Source of the DNA: a bacterium
GTDB lineage: Bacteria; Hydrothermota; Tepidihabitantia; SM23-42; JAOAFX01
Direction: 5' to 3'
DNA length: 64,000 bases
Assembly: GCA_036796695.1 (NCBI GenBank)
Contig: DAIRCK010000001.1
Span: 128,145-192,144 of the forward strand
Program-made: the position numbers and the translations under genes
Notes under the pieces: generated by a model
What the model saw: only the letters and a program-made list of their open reading frames with translations
Told to the model about the DNA's origin: nothing
Databases searched by the model: none
Part shown: positions 26,879 through 36,264 of the stretch, one piece after another
How the letters are laid out: each line of letters begins with the position of its first letter
Numbering within the stretch: the first letter of the stretch is position 1

Positions 26879-29326
26879 ATGCACCTCACCCCCCTTTTAG
26901 AACAATATCAACAGATAAAAAATAAATATAAAGATACACTCCTTTTATTTCGGGTTGGTGATTTCTATGAATTTTACTATGACGATGCGAAAAAAGCAAG
27001 TATCCTGCTCGGTATTACACTTACTTCAAAGACAATAGGCAAGGGCACAAAAGTTCCACTTGCGGGTATTCCGGTAAAGGCAAGTGAAAATTATATTGCA
27101 AAGTTGGTAAAAAATGGATTAAAAATAGCAATATGTGAACAGCTTGAACCCCCTGATAAGGCGAAGAAACTTGTTGAGCGTGATGTAATTGAAGTAATAA
27201 CTCCAGGAACTATATTCAGACCCTCTCTCCTTGATGAAAATAAGGCATTATTTGTTGCGAGTTGTGTCCCGGATGAAAATATTGTCGGCATTGCCCTTTG
27301 CGATATTACAACGGGTGATTTTTCCTGTGGTGAAATTGAACCAGGACAATTATTGGAGATTCTTACAAGAAAGGAAGTAAAAGAACTGATTTTGCCTCAA
27401 GGTATCACATTAAAATTAGATATCCCCATTACATCGATTGACGGTTATCGCTTCATTTATGAAATTGCCTATCAACAATTAAAAGAACACTTCAATGTGA
27501 TCGCACTCGATGGTTTCGGAATTGAAGGCAAAAAACTTGCCATTTCTTCTGCTGGTGCTCTTTTATATTATCTCAAAGAAAATCAGAAATCAACATTACC
27601 CCAGATAACGAAATTGAATTATTTTGATGCGCATAAATCAGTTTATCTTGATAGTGCAACAAGAAAAAATTTAGAACTTGTTATAAATATCAGAAATGAT
27701 GAAACAAACACATTATACTGGGCAATAGATAACTGTCTCACACCTGCCGGGAAAAGAATGCTCCGCAATCAGATCCTTGAACCGTTGATTGACTGCAATA
27801 CGATAAATGAAAGACTTGATGGTGTTGCGGAATTAAAGGATAGAGAATTTTTGCGAAAACAGGTAAGGGAATTCTTAAAAAATATTCGTGATGTAGAAAG
27901 GATTACCACACGCCTGATGTGTGGCAGGATAATGCCCCGTGAGATGAATGTCCTGAAAGATTCCTTAAAACTATATCCTGAAATCAAAAGTATCCTTCTA
28001 AATTGTGATAGTCAGATATTGAAAAAAATTTACAATCAGATTGATAACTTCGATATAGTAGTGAAAAAAATAGAAAATGCCATTTCGCCCGAGCCACCAG
28101 CAACTCTTGATGAAACCGGAATAATAAAACCAGGTCACTCAAAAGAACTCGATGAATTGAGGGAAATTGCTCACAACGCAAAGGAATGGCTTAATAGATT
28201 CCAAACCCAGGAAAGGGAAAAAACCGGAATAAATTCATTAAAGGTTGCCTATAATACAATCTTTGGTTACTACATTGAAGTGAGCAAAGCAAATCTTCAT
28301 CTCATCCCGGACTATTATATTCGCAAACAAACCCTGGTCAACGCTGAAAGATTTTATACACCGGAATTAAAAGAATTTGAAGAAAAAATACTGGGTGCAG
28401 AAGAGAAGATTAAGAATTTAGAATATGAAATATTTATTAAGTTACGTGAAGAAATTGCCCGGGAAGGAAATAAAATCCTCAATAGCACAAAAGCAGTCTC
28501 TTTGCTTGATATCTTACAATCATTTGCCGAGAATGCGGTTTTATATAACTATACAAGGCCTGAAGTAAATGAAGGCGATAAAATAAACATTTCTGAAGGA
28601 AGACATCCAGTCGTTGAGAGATTGATGGAAAAAGGATCATTTATTCCAAATGATACAGAGCTGGACCGTAATCGTAACCAGATTCTAATCATAACCGGAC
28701 CAAATATGGCGGGCAAATCAACATATCTTCGCCAGGTTGCGCTCATTGTGATTATGGCTCAAATAGGCAGTTTTGTTCCGGCAAAGGAAGCCAAAATTGG
28801 TATTGTTGATAAAATATTCACGCGCATTGGTGCAAGTGACGACATTTCAAGGGGTGTCAGCACATTTCTGGCAGAAATGATGGAAACTGCGAATATTCTC
28901 AACAATGTATCAGAGAAAAGTCTTGTAATACTTGACGAAGTTGGTAGAGGGACATCAACATACGATGGACTGGCTTTAGCCTGGGCAGTGGTTGAAGAAC
29001 TGCATAATAATAAAAAACCGAGGTCTTTATTTGCAACCCATTTCCACGAACTCACGAAGATAGAAGATTTTCTGAGTGGTGTCAGAAATTATAACTTTCT
29101 GGTAAAAGAATGGGGTGATGAAATCATATTTTTGAGAAAGATCAATCCCGGACCTTCAGACCAGTCCTATGGAATACAGGTTGCCCGGCTTGCAGGATTA
29201 CCAAAGTCGGTTATTGAACGGGCAAAAGAGGTTCTGACGAAATTCGAAGAAGGTGAAGTTTTCAGTATTAGAAAACTTAAGAAAACCAAACTCTCCCAGC
29301 CAGATTTATTCGTTGATAAAAAATAA
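26879..29326 (+). CDS. mutS: DNA mismatch repair protein MutS.
   Basis: N-terminal mismatch-binding domain ('LTPLLEQYQQIKNKYKDTLLLFRVGDFYEF'), Walker A 'ITGPNMAGKSTYLRQ', 'STFLAEM' and 'LDEVGRGTSTYDGLALA'. Confidence 0.9.
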   Translation: MHLTPLLEQYQQIKNKYKDTLLLFRVGDFYEFYYDDAKKASILLGITLTSKTIGKGTKVPLAGIPVKASENYIAKLVKNGLKIAICEQLEPPDKAKKLVERDVIEVITPGTIFRPSLLDENKALFVASCVPDENIVGIALCDITTGDFSCGEIEPGQLLEILTRKEVKELILPQGITLKLDIPITSIDGYRFIYEIAYQQLKEHFNVIALDGFGIEGKKLAISSAGALLYYLKENQKSTLPQITKLNYFDAHKSVYLDSATRKNLELVINIRNDETNTLYWAIDNCLTPAGKRMLRNQILEPLIDCNTINERLDGVAELKDREFLRKQVREFLKNIRDVERITTRLMCGRIMPREMNVLKDSLKLYPEIKSILLNCDSQILKKIYNQIDNFDIVVKKIENAISPEPPATLDETGIIKPGHSKELDELREIAHNAKEWLNRFQTQEREKTGINSLKVAYNTIFGYYIEVSKANLHLIPDYYIRKQTLVNAERFYTPELKEFEEKILGAEEKIKNLEYEIFIKLREEIAREGNKILNSTKAVSLLDILQSFAENAVLYNYTRPEVNEGDKINISEGRHPVVERLMEKGSFIPNDTELDRNRNQILIITGPNMAGKSTYLRQVALIVIMAQIGSFVPAKEAKIGIVDKIFTRIGASDDISRGVSTFLAEMMETANILNNVSEKSLVILDEVGRGTSTYDGLALAWAVVEELHNNKKPRSLFATHFHELTKIEDFLSGVRNYNFLVKEWGDEIIFLRKINPGPSDQSYGIQVARLAGLPKSVIERAKEVLTKFEEGEVFSIRKLKKTKLSQPDLFVDKK

Positions 29327-29958
29327 AACAGGAGAAAAAAGGCTAAAAGGGATTTTTTTCTGATATCCGGATTCCCTGATATTCTGCTCCCTGACCACTC
29401 CTTATCACCCATTATCCCCCTTAATAAACATTGTTTATTGTTTTATGGCATGGCAACCAGTATGGTCTAAAGTTTTTGGTTGTTAGTGAATCTTTTACGG
29501 TTTGACTATACCCAATAACCATATTGGCATCTATGCCAAATAACCATCAATATCCCTTTGGAGTAGGGACTTTAGTCCCGTGATAGGATATTTGCAAGGC
29601 TGAAGCCTTGCCCTACACAGGAATTTTATTTGACAACAGTTTAGAATTTAGGATTTTGAATTTATTTCTGATTTCCTCCGCCACGCATCCGCCAAACAGT
29701 GTGGCGGTAACGGATGGTGGATTCGGATTTTGGATTGACTTAGACGCGAAACAAGTTTCGCTACTCCAACATCCATACTCACTTCCTCACTTAATAACCA
29801 ACTTCCAACTCTACGATACAGGCAGCGACACCGTCCAACGATACATTGTTCTTAATTTAACTTTAGCAGTAGGATTCATCCGACTTCCTTCATACCTTTT
29901 CAATGCAACAATAATCTTGAATTGTTAAAATGCTTTCAGTTCAATCTCTATTTACCCC

Positions 29959-29986
29959 TTGACACATCATTGTTTTTACTTATAAT
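29959..29986 (+). promoter_or_regulatory. Sigma-70-like promoter directly abutting the fur start: TTGACA, 16-nt spacer, TATAAT.
   Basis: Consensus hexamers. The -10 ends 5 nt before the fur ATG at 29992. Confidence 0.45.
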
Positions 29987-29991
29987 ATAAA

Positions 29992-30456
29992 ATGAAAATG
30001 AATTTCAAAATCAAAAATAAACATAATGATGAACAACTGGTTGAATTTTGCAAGAAACACAGATTGAAATCATCCCAGAAAAGAGAATTTATTATCAATT
30101 ATTTTTTAAACCAGGATAAACATCTCAGTGTTGAGGAGTTATATAATATGATAAAAAACAAGGTTCCAAAGATCGGTTATTCAACAGTCTACAGGACTCT
30201 AAAACTACTTGCCGAATGCGGTCTTGTTTCAATACGCAATTTTGAAAAAGGAATAACACGCTTTGAACCCGTGTATAAAAAGCAACACCACGACCATCTG
30301 ATCTGCACCAGATGTGGTGCAATTATTGAATTCGCAAATCAGGAGATTGAAAAGATTCAAAAAAGGATTGCCCGTAAATATAATTTTTCGGTCCTCGACC
30401 ATAAACTTGAAATTTACGGTTTGTGTCTAAAGTGTGCCAGAAAGGAGAAAAAGTAA
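29992..30456 (+). CDS. fur: Fur-family metal uptake transcriptional regulator.
   Basis: Winged HTH ('GYSTVYRTLKLLAECGLV'), 'HHDHLICTRCG' metal site and a C-terminal CxxC. Confidence 0.85.
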   Translation: MKMNFKIKNKHNDEQLVEFCKKHRLKSSQKREFIINYFLNQDKHLSVEELYNMIKNKVPKIGYSTVYRTLKLLAECGLVSIRNFEKGITRFEPVYKKQHHDHLICTRCGAIIEFANQEIEKIQKRIARKYNFSVLDHKLEIYGLCLKCARKEKK

Positions 30457-32414
30457 TGGCGATTATAAATCTCACAATGATGAAACCCGGGGAGATAGGA
30501 AAGGTGGTAGAAATCACTGGAGGCAAAGGACTCGTCAGCAGGCTTGAATCAATTGGTATCATTCCGGGTGCTGAAATCACAAAAATCAGTGAACAACTTA
30601 TGCATGGTCCGGTAGTAATAAAAATTGGTAATACCCAGGTTGCAATAGGTTATGGAATGGCACGGAGGGTAATGGTAAATATTGAATATAAAATAAAGAA
30701 GATTCTGCTCGTTGGTAACCCTAATGTCGGAAAGAGTGTCATTTTTTCAAGGCTCACAGGTGTTGATGTGATTGCCTCAAACTATCCTGGGACAACGATA
30801 GATTACTGCCGTGGTTGTGCCGGATCTGGCGATAAAAGGATTGAGGTTATTGATGTGCCAGGGACTTATAGTTTAGAACCCACGACCCCAGCCGAAGAAG
30901 TTGCTGTCCAGATGTTAAATAAGGCAATTGAAGAAGGCGAGAGTATTATTGTAAATGTTATAGATGCTACCAATCTTGAAAGAAATTTGAATCTTACGCT
31001 CCAGTTGCTGAAAAAAAATATTCCTATGATTATCGCATTAAATCTATGGGATGAAGCAAAACATACCGGTATTGAAATAAATGTAAAAAAACTTGAAGAA
31101 ATACTCGGGGTTTCGGTCATCCCCACGGTTGCGGTTACAGGTGAAGGCATAAGAGAACTCGTAAACCGTCTTGATGAGGCAAAAAAAGGACAACTTAAAT
31201 TTAAGGATGAAGAACGCTGGCATGTGGTCGGACAGATCATTTCACAAGTTCAGGTAATAAAACATCGCCATCATACATTCTTAGAAAGGATTGGTGACCT
31301 GACGATAAATCCCTGGTCAGGTCTTCCCATTGCTGTGATCCTGCTTTTTCTAATCTTCCAGTTGATAAGATTTATTGGTGAAGGTATAATAAATTTTTTA
31401 AGCGACCCATTCTTCAACAATATATATAAACCTGTTATGCTCTCTTTTTCTAAGATACTCGGGGGCAGTGGTATTATTCATAATATCTTGATTGGTGAGC
31501 TGATTAATGGTGATATTGATTTCGGACAATCTTTTGGTATTCTTACGACTGGTCTTTATGTAGAATTTGCACAGGTGCTGCCATATGTCCTTGCCTTTTA
31601 TTTCGTATTGAGTTTTCTTGAAGATTCTGGTTATCTACCCAGACTCGCAGTGTTGCTTGATAAATTTCTCCATTTCTTTGGACTCCATGGTATGGCGATC
31701 ATTCCTATGCTTTTGGGATTTGGTTGCAATGTGCCTGGTACATTGAGCACAAGAATCCTTGAAACAAAGCGAGAAAGATTCATCGCAGCGACCTTAATGG
31801 CGATATGTGTCCCCTGTATGGCACTGACCGCTATGATATTTGGACTGGTAGGGAAATTTGGGGCAAAAGGACTCTTCCCGGTCTTTGGAACACTATTTAT
31901 TGTCTTTGTAATAGGAGGAGTTTTATTAAAATTTATCTTCAAGGGTGAAAGTCCAGAGATCTTTACAGAAATCCCATCCTATCGGATACCATATTTACCG
32001 GCGTTGATGAAAAAACTCTGGATGCGGGTGAAATGGTTCATCATTGAGGCAACTCCTTTTGTTCTTTTGGGCGTATTTATTGCAAATCTTTTCTATTCCT
32101 TAGGTATTTTCAATTTTCTTGCCAAAATAATCGGCCCTGTTGTAGTTTATGTTCTATCGCTGCCTGCAGAAGCAACTATCGCCCTGCTTTTAGGATTTTT
32201 AAGAAAAGATATAGCGGTAGGTATGCTCGTCCCGCTCAATCTTACATTGAAACAATTGATTATTGCAAGCACAGTCTTATCAATGTATTTTCCCTGTGTT
32301 GCAACTTTTTCGGTATTCATAAAAGAATTTGGCATTCTTGATACACTCAAAGCAACCGGCATAATGCTCCTGACTGCATTTATTGTTGGTGGTATCTTAA
32401 ATATAATCCTCTGA
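30456..32414 (+). CDS. feoB: Fused FeoA-FeoB ferrous iron transporter.
   Basis: N-terminal FeoA SH3-like domain ('LTMMKPGEIGKVVEITGG'), FeoB G-domain ('LVGNPNVGKSVIFSRLTG', 'DVPGTYSL') and a polytopic permease domain. The start ATG shares its A with the fur TAA (TAATG). Confidence 0.85.
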   Translation: MAIINLTMMKPGEIGKVVEITGGKGLVSRLESIGIIPGAEITKISEQLMHGPVVIKIGNTQVAIGYGMARRVMVNIEYKIKKILLVGNPNVGKSVIFSRLTGVDVIASNYPGTTIDYCRGCAGSGDKRIEVIDVPGTYSLEPTTPAEEVAVQMLNKAIEEGESIIVNVIDATNLERNLNLTLQLLKKNIPMIIALNLWDEAKHTGIEINVKKLEEILGVSVIPTVAVTGEGIRELVNRLDEAKKGQLKFKDEERWHVVGQIISQVQVIKHRHHTFLERIGDLTINPWSGLPIAVILLFLIFQLIRFIGEGIINFLSDPFFNNIYKPVMLSFSKILGGSGIIHNILIGELINGDIDFGQSFGILTTGLYVEFAQVLPYVLAFYFVLSFLEDSGYLPRLAVLLDKFLHFFGLHGMAIIPMLLGFGCNVPGTLSTRILETKRERFIAATLMAICVPCMALTAMIFGLVGKFGAKGLFPVFGTLFIVFVIGGVLLKFIFKGESPEIFTEIPSYRIPYLPALMKKLWMRVKWFIIEATPFVLLGVFIANLFYSLGIFNFLAKIIGPVVVYVLSLPAEATIALLLGFLRKDIAVGMLVPLNLTLKQLIIASTVLSMYFPCVATFSVFIKEFGILDTLKATGIMLLTAFIVGGILNIIL

Positions 32415-32484
32415 TTAATAGTATTGAACAAATTTGAATACTATAGAAACTTGATTTATTTATTTATTTTGTTATAATTTATTT

Positions 32485-33006
32485 ATGAAGAATAATAAAA
32501 AGTTGTTTTATAGAATTGTAAATACTAAAGTCGGAAATATTGCAATCCTATGGTCAAAACAGGGGGCTAAATCACAAATAGTACAGATCATCCTGCCGAA
32601 ATTTTCAATAGGATTTATAAAAAAACAATACCCTAATATTTCATCTGGCAGCACCAGAGAAATTGATAGAGTTGCTTCAAAAATAAGTAAACATATCTCT
32701 GGAAAGGATGTAATATTTACGACAAAACTGCTGGACTTAAAACGACTTAAAAATTTTCAGAAAAAGGTCCTGAAATTGACCATTAAAATTCCAAAAGGAA
32801 ACATTAACACTTATGGTTCCATTGCAAAGAAACTCGGAATTCCCAGAGGTGCAAGGGCAGTTGGACAGGCACTTGCAAATAACCCATTTCCCATTATCAT
32901 TCCCTGCCACAGGGTTATAAGGTCAGACGGTTCAATCGGAGGCTTTGGAGATAATATTGGATTAAAAAGAAAATTATTGAGGATTGAAGGAGTTTATATA
33001 AAATGA
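32485..33006 (+). CDS. ogt: Methylated-DNA--protein-cysteine methyltransferase (Ogt/MGMT).
   Basis: C-terminal 'IPCHRVIRSDGSIGGFG' active-site motif and 'TYGSIAKKLGIPRGARAVGQALANNP'. Confidence 0.75.
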   Translation: MKNNKKLFYRIVNTKVGNIAILWSKQGAKSQIVQIILPKFSIGFIKKQYPNISSGSTREIDRVASKISKHISGKDVIFTTKLLDLKRLKNFQKKVLKLTIKIPKGNINTYGSIAKKLGIPRGARAVGQALANNPFPIIIPCHRVIRSDGSIGGFGDNIGLKRKLLRIEGVYIK

Positions 33007-33890
33007 AATTTGTATATTCCCCGGATTATTGCGTAGATCTAAAAGGGCATATCTTTCCAACAGAAAAATACAGGTTGATTTACGAAAATCTTAAAAAAGA
33101 AGGACTCGTTACCAGTGATAATCTTTATAAACCCTCGATGCCTGAGATTGATGATTTAAAAAAAATATTAACACCCGAGTATCTTGATGACCTGCTAAAT
33201 TCAAGAACGACATTTAGAACCTGGCGCTCAGAACTACCGGTTGAAAAAGATATCATAAAATGGCAGATGCTGGGATGTGGTGGTTCATATCTTGCAGGTA
33301 AACTTGCAATTGAGTATGGTGCCTGTTATCATATCGGTGGTGGACTTCATCATGCATTCTCTGACCATGCCGAAGGATTCTGTTATCTAAATGATGTTGT
33401 TTTTGCCGCAGTTAAAATCCTTGAACAGGGAATCAAAAAAATTTCTATTATTGACTGCGACCTTCATCAAGGTAATGGCACAGCAAGATTTTTTCAGAAC
33501 AATGAACAGGTATTCACATTCTCAATCCACCAGGAACACTTATATCCAGTGAAGGAAAGATCAAATTTAGATATCGGGCTCGATTTTAATGTTGGGGATG
33601 ATGAATATCTTGAAAAATTAGAATATGCAATGGAAAAGATCTTTAATGGATTCAAACCTGAATTTGTCATATATCTTGCCGGTGCTGACCCTTATATGTT
33701 TGACCAGTTAGGAAATCTCAAACTTACAATAGAAGGCTTGATGAAAAGGGATAAAATGGTGATTACTTATGCCCATAATAATAAACTACCAATGATTGTA
33801 GTGCTGGGCGGAGGTTATGCCCAGGAGCTTGATGATACTGTTGAGATTCACTGTAATACAGCAAGGATTATGCACAGAATTTATGGCTGA
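33003..33890 (+). CDS. Histone deacetylase-family (AcuC/AphA-like) deacetylase.
   Basis: 'HIGGGLHHAFSDHAEGFCYLND', 'IIDCDLHQGNGT' and 'YLAGADPY'. Confidence 0.8.
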   Translation: MKFVYSPDYCVDLKGHIFPTEKYRLIYENLKKEGLVTSDNLYKPSMPEIDDLKKILTPEYLDDLLNSRTTFRTWRSELPVEKDIIKWQMLGCGGSYLAGKLAIEYGACYHIGGGLHHAFSDHAEGFCYLNDVVFAAVKILEQGIKKISIIDCDLHQGNGTARFFQNNEQVFTFSIHQEHLYPVKERSNLDIGLDFNVGDDEYLEKLEYAMEKIFNGFKPEFVIYLAGADPYMFDQLGNLKLTIEGLMKRDKMVITYAHNNKLPMIVVLGGGYAQELDDTVEIHCNTARIMHRIYG

Positions 33891-33942
33891 AATCATCATT
33901 ATAAACTTAATTTCATTAATGCTTTTCAGCAAAGGAGGAGAA

Positions 33943-34518
33943 ATGATTGATTTACCACAACCACAATTTACAAATGCATCACTGGAAGAATGTATCTATA
34001 AAAGGCGGTCAATAAGGGATTTTGAAGACAGGGAATTGACAATCCAGCAGATTTCAAATCTTTTGTGGTCAGCCCAGGGTATTACTGATTCTATGAGGGA
34101 GTTTCGTGCAGTCCCTTCAGCAGGTGCAACCTATCCCTTAGAAGTCTTTGTTGTTAAAAAAGATGGGGTTTTTCGTTATATTCCTGAGCGCCATAAATTA
34201 AAAAAAGAATTTGACGGTGATATCAGAAAGGAAATAGCAAAGGCAGCATTACACCAGATGTTCATAACCGATGCCGGGGTTGTAATCATTATAACTGCAG
34301 TCTTCAAAAGGACTGCCTGGCGTTATGGAGAAAGGGCATATCGGTATATTAATAACGAGGTTGGACACTGTGCCCAGAATATACATCTTGAGGCAGTAGC
34401 ATTGGGTCTGGGTTCTGTGCCAATCGGTGCGTTCGATGATGATAAGTTAAAAAAACTTTTAAAATTAAAAGAGGAAGAACCGCTCTATATAATCCCAGTA
34501 GGATATATAAAAAAATAA
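33943..34518 (+). CDS. SagB-type dehydrogenase / nitroreductase-family protein.
   Basis: 'RRSIRDF', 'LLWSAQGIT', 'VPSAGATYPLEVFVV' and 'NNEVGHCAQNIHLEAVALGLGSVPIGAFDD'. Start is at the Met preceded by a GGAGGAG RBS. Confidence 0.7.
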   Translation: MIDLPQPQFTNASLEECIYKRRSIRDFEDRELTIQQISNLLWSAQGITDSMREFRAVPSAGATYPLEVFVVKKDGVFRYIPERHKLKKEFDGDIRKEIAKAALHQMFITDAGVVIIITAVFKRTAWRYGERAYRYINNEVGHCAQNIHLEAVALGLGSVPIGAFDDDKLKKLLKLKEEEPLYIIPVGYIKK

Positions 34519-34637
34519 CCAGAAATCATCGCTTTTTAACCCACAAAAGTCATTGAAAAATATCTATTCCATCATTTAAAACAAAAGGGAATATTTTTAT
34601 CCAAAATTTGTATTTATAAGTAGAAAAGGAGGTTAAA

Positions 34638-35255
34638 ATGCGCGACCATAAAAAGATGTATGGAATCTATTTGAAGGCGAGCTTCCTCATTGCAATTGTT
34701 ATAATAATCGCCTTTTTCCTAACCCTCCCCTATGCAGAACCAGAACCATATAAATTAAAACAGGAAGTCGTCGGTTTAATTAACGAAATAACAATGGAAA
34801 TTGATAAACAGATCGAACCCATTGATAACACTGTGAGACCAAAACCCCAGCCTACAGTCATAGCCGCTCAAAATCCTGACGATGGTGTCACAACAATAAA
34901 CCCTACAGACTTTGGAGAAAATATCATCCCGATCACACCAACCGGACCTGATATTGAAATCATTCCATACTACAAGGTAGAGGTCAAACCCCAGCCCATA
35001 TCAATGCCGTCACCAGTATATCCTCCGCTTGCTGCCAAAGCAGGGATTGAAGGTAAAGTTATTGTGAAAATGCTCATTGACATTGATGGCGGTGTGATTG
35101 CGGTTGAGGTAATAAAATCAAGCGGAAATCAAATGCTCGATGAATCTGCTATTGTTGCTGCAAAAAATTCTAAATTCACGCCTGCGAAACAGAGAGATAA
35201 ACTTGTGCGTGTCTGGGTGGTGAGACAGATTGAATTTAAACTCGCGGGTGGATAA
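34638..35255 (+). CDS. tonB: Energy transducer TonB.
   Basis: N-terminal TM anchor, Pro-rich linker, and a C-terminal TonB domain ('PVYPPLAAKAGIEGKVIVKMLIDIDGGVIAVEVIKSSG...LDESAIVAAKNSKFTPAKQ'). Confidence 0.75.
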   Translation: MRDHKKMYGIYLKASFLIAIVIIIAFFLTLPYAEPEPYKLKQEVVGLINEITMEIDKQIEPIDNTVRPKPQPTVIAAQNPDDGVTTINPTDFGENIIPITPTGPDIEIIPYYKVEVKPQPISMPSPVYPPLAAKAGIEGKVIVKMLIDIDGGVIAVEVIKSSGNQMLDESAIVAAKNSKFTPAKQRDKLVRVWVVRQIEFKLAGG

Positions 35256-35256
35256 T

Positions 35257-36264
35257 CTAAGATTTTGATAGACTTTTTTTCAGATAATCTATTCTTTTGA
35301 CCGGCAAAGGGTCAATACCGGTTTTCAGGGCAAGATAATACGAAAGAAAATCACCCAGCATTATTGTGGAGAAGACCTGTTCAAGCAGGTTTTCACCTGA
35401 TGGTTTGATTTCAATGAATTTCAACAGTTTAATCTCTCTCTGAATTATCTCCTTGATTATCTTAACCCTCAATCTATTCCGCTCTAATGCATTGGGGTCA
35501 TTGATAAAAATTAAAACCAGGTCTTTATTAAACCGCTCTGGCCTTCCAATCCCGACAATCTCGTTATGATTCATCTCAGGAATGATATTCGTGTGGCATA
35601 GAATCTTTGCATTCTCATTCAATTGGCACTGCCACCTTTTGGCAATGACTCCAGTCGCATTTGAATTTGCATATATGATTGGAAGTTTAGAGATAAATAA
35701 TTCAGTAAGCCCCTTAGCCCTTTTTTCAAGTTTGACTGCCTGTTTTTTTAAAAATACTGATAACTTCTTAAGTTGGTTCCGGGGTTCTCTCTTTGTCAAG
35801 CCAGTGCGATATAATAAAAGGGGTATCGGAGTAAATAAATATCCTAAGGCACCCCTTGGTGGAAGCCCGCCAGGGATCTGGATCTTAAGGGATGACCTGC
35901 TATTTAGAAGTTTCCCATTTGAGGAAATAATAACAATAGGGATACCCTTCTCATTTAAAAGATTATAGTTATTCAACGTTTCTTCTGTATTACCTGAATA
36001 ACTTACAAGTATCCCTAATGTCCTATTATCAACATAACCAGGAATTTGATAATCTTTATTTACAATGATATTCAAATCAGGATAAAGGATTGAAACGATA
36101 TCTCCGCTTATGCCCGAACCACCCATACCACATATCAATACTTTTTCAAACTTTTGGCTTAAAAATTTTTTGTTTAAACTATTACGCCATGCATAATTAA
36201 AAATTCCTATACCTTCGTCGATCTGTTCTGGTAAAGAATATATTATCTCACGCATATCTTTCAT
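35257..36264 (-). CDS. Bifunctional phosphoglucose/phosphomannose isomerase (SIS-domain PGI/PMI family).
   Basis: 'VLICGMGGSGISGDIVS', two SIS-like halves, about 330 aa. Last gene of the PTS operon with a 4-nt overlap with ptsI. Confidence 0.65.
   Translation of the reverse strand: MKDMREIIYSLPEQIDEGIGIFNYAWRNSLNKKFLSQKFEKVLICGMGGSGISGDIVSILYPDLNIIVNKDYQIPGYVDNRTLGILVSYSGNTEETLNNYNLLNEKGIPIVIISSNGKLLNSRSSLKIQIPGGLPPRGALGYLFTPIPLLLYRTGLTKREPRNQLKKLSVFLKKQAVKLEKRAKGLTELFISKLPIIYANSNATGVIAKRWQCQLNENAKILCHTNIIPEMNHNEIVGIGRPERFNKDLVLIFINDPNALERNRLRVKIIKEIIQREIKLLKFIEIKPSGENLLEQVFSTIMLGDFLSYYLALKTGIDPLPVKRIDYLKKSLSKS

Noticed and set aside
29608-29928. 106-aa '+' ORF in the mutS-fur intergenic region.
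   Set aside because: No RBS, low-complexity composition, and it spans the GC-rich hairpin cluster. That region is better explained as structured RNA or regulatory DNA than as coding.
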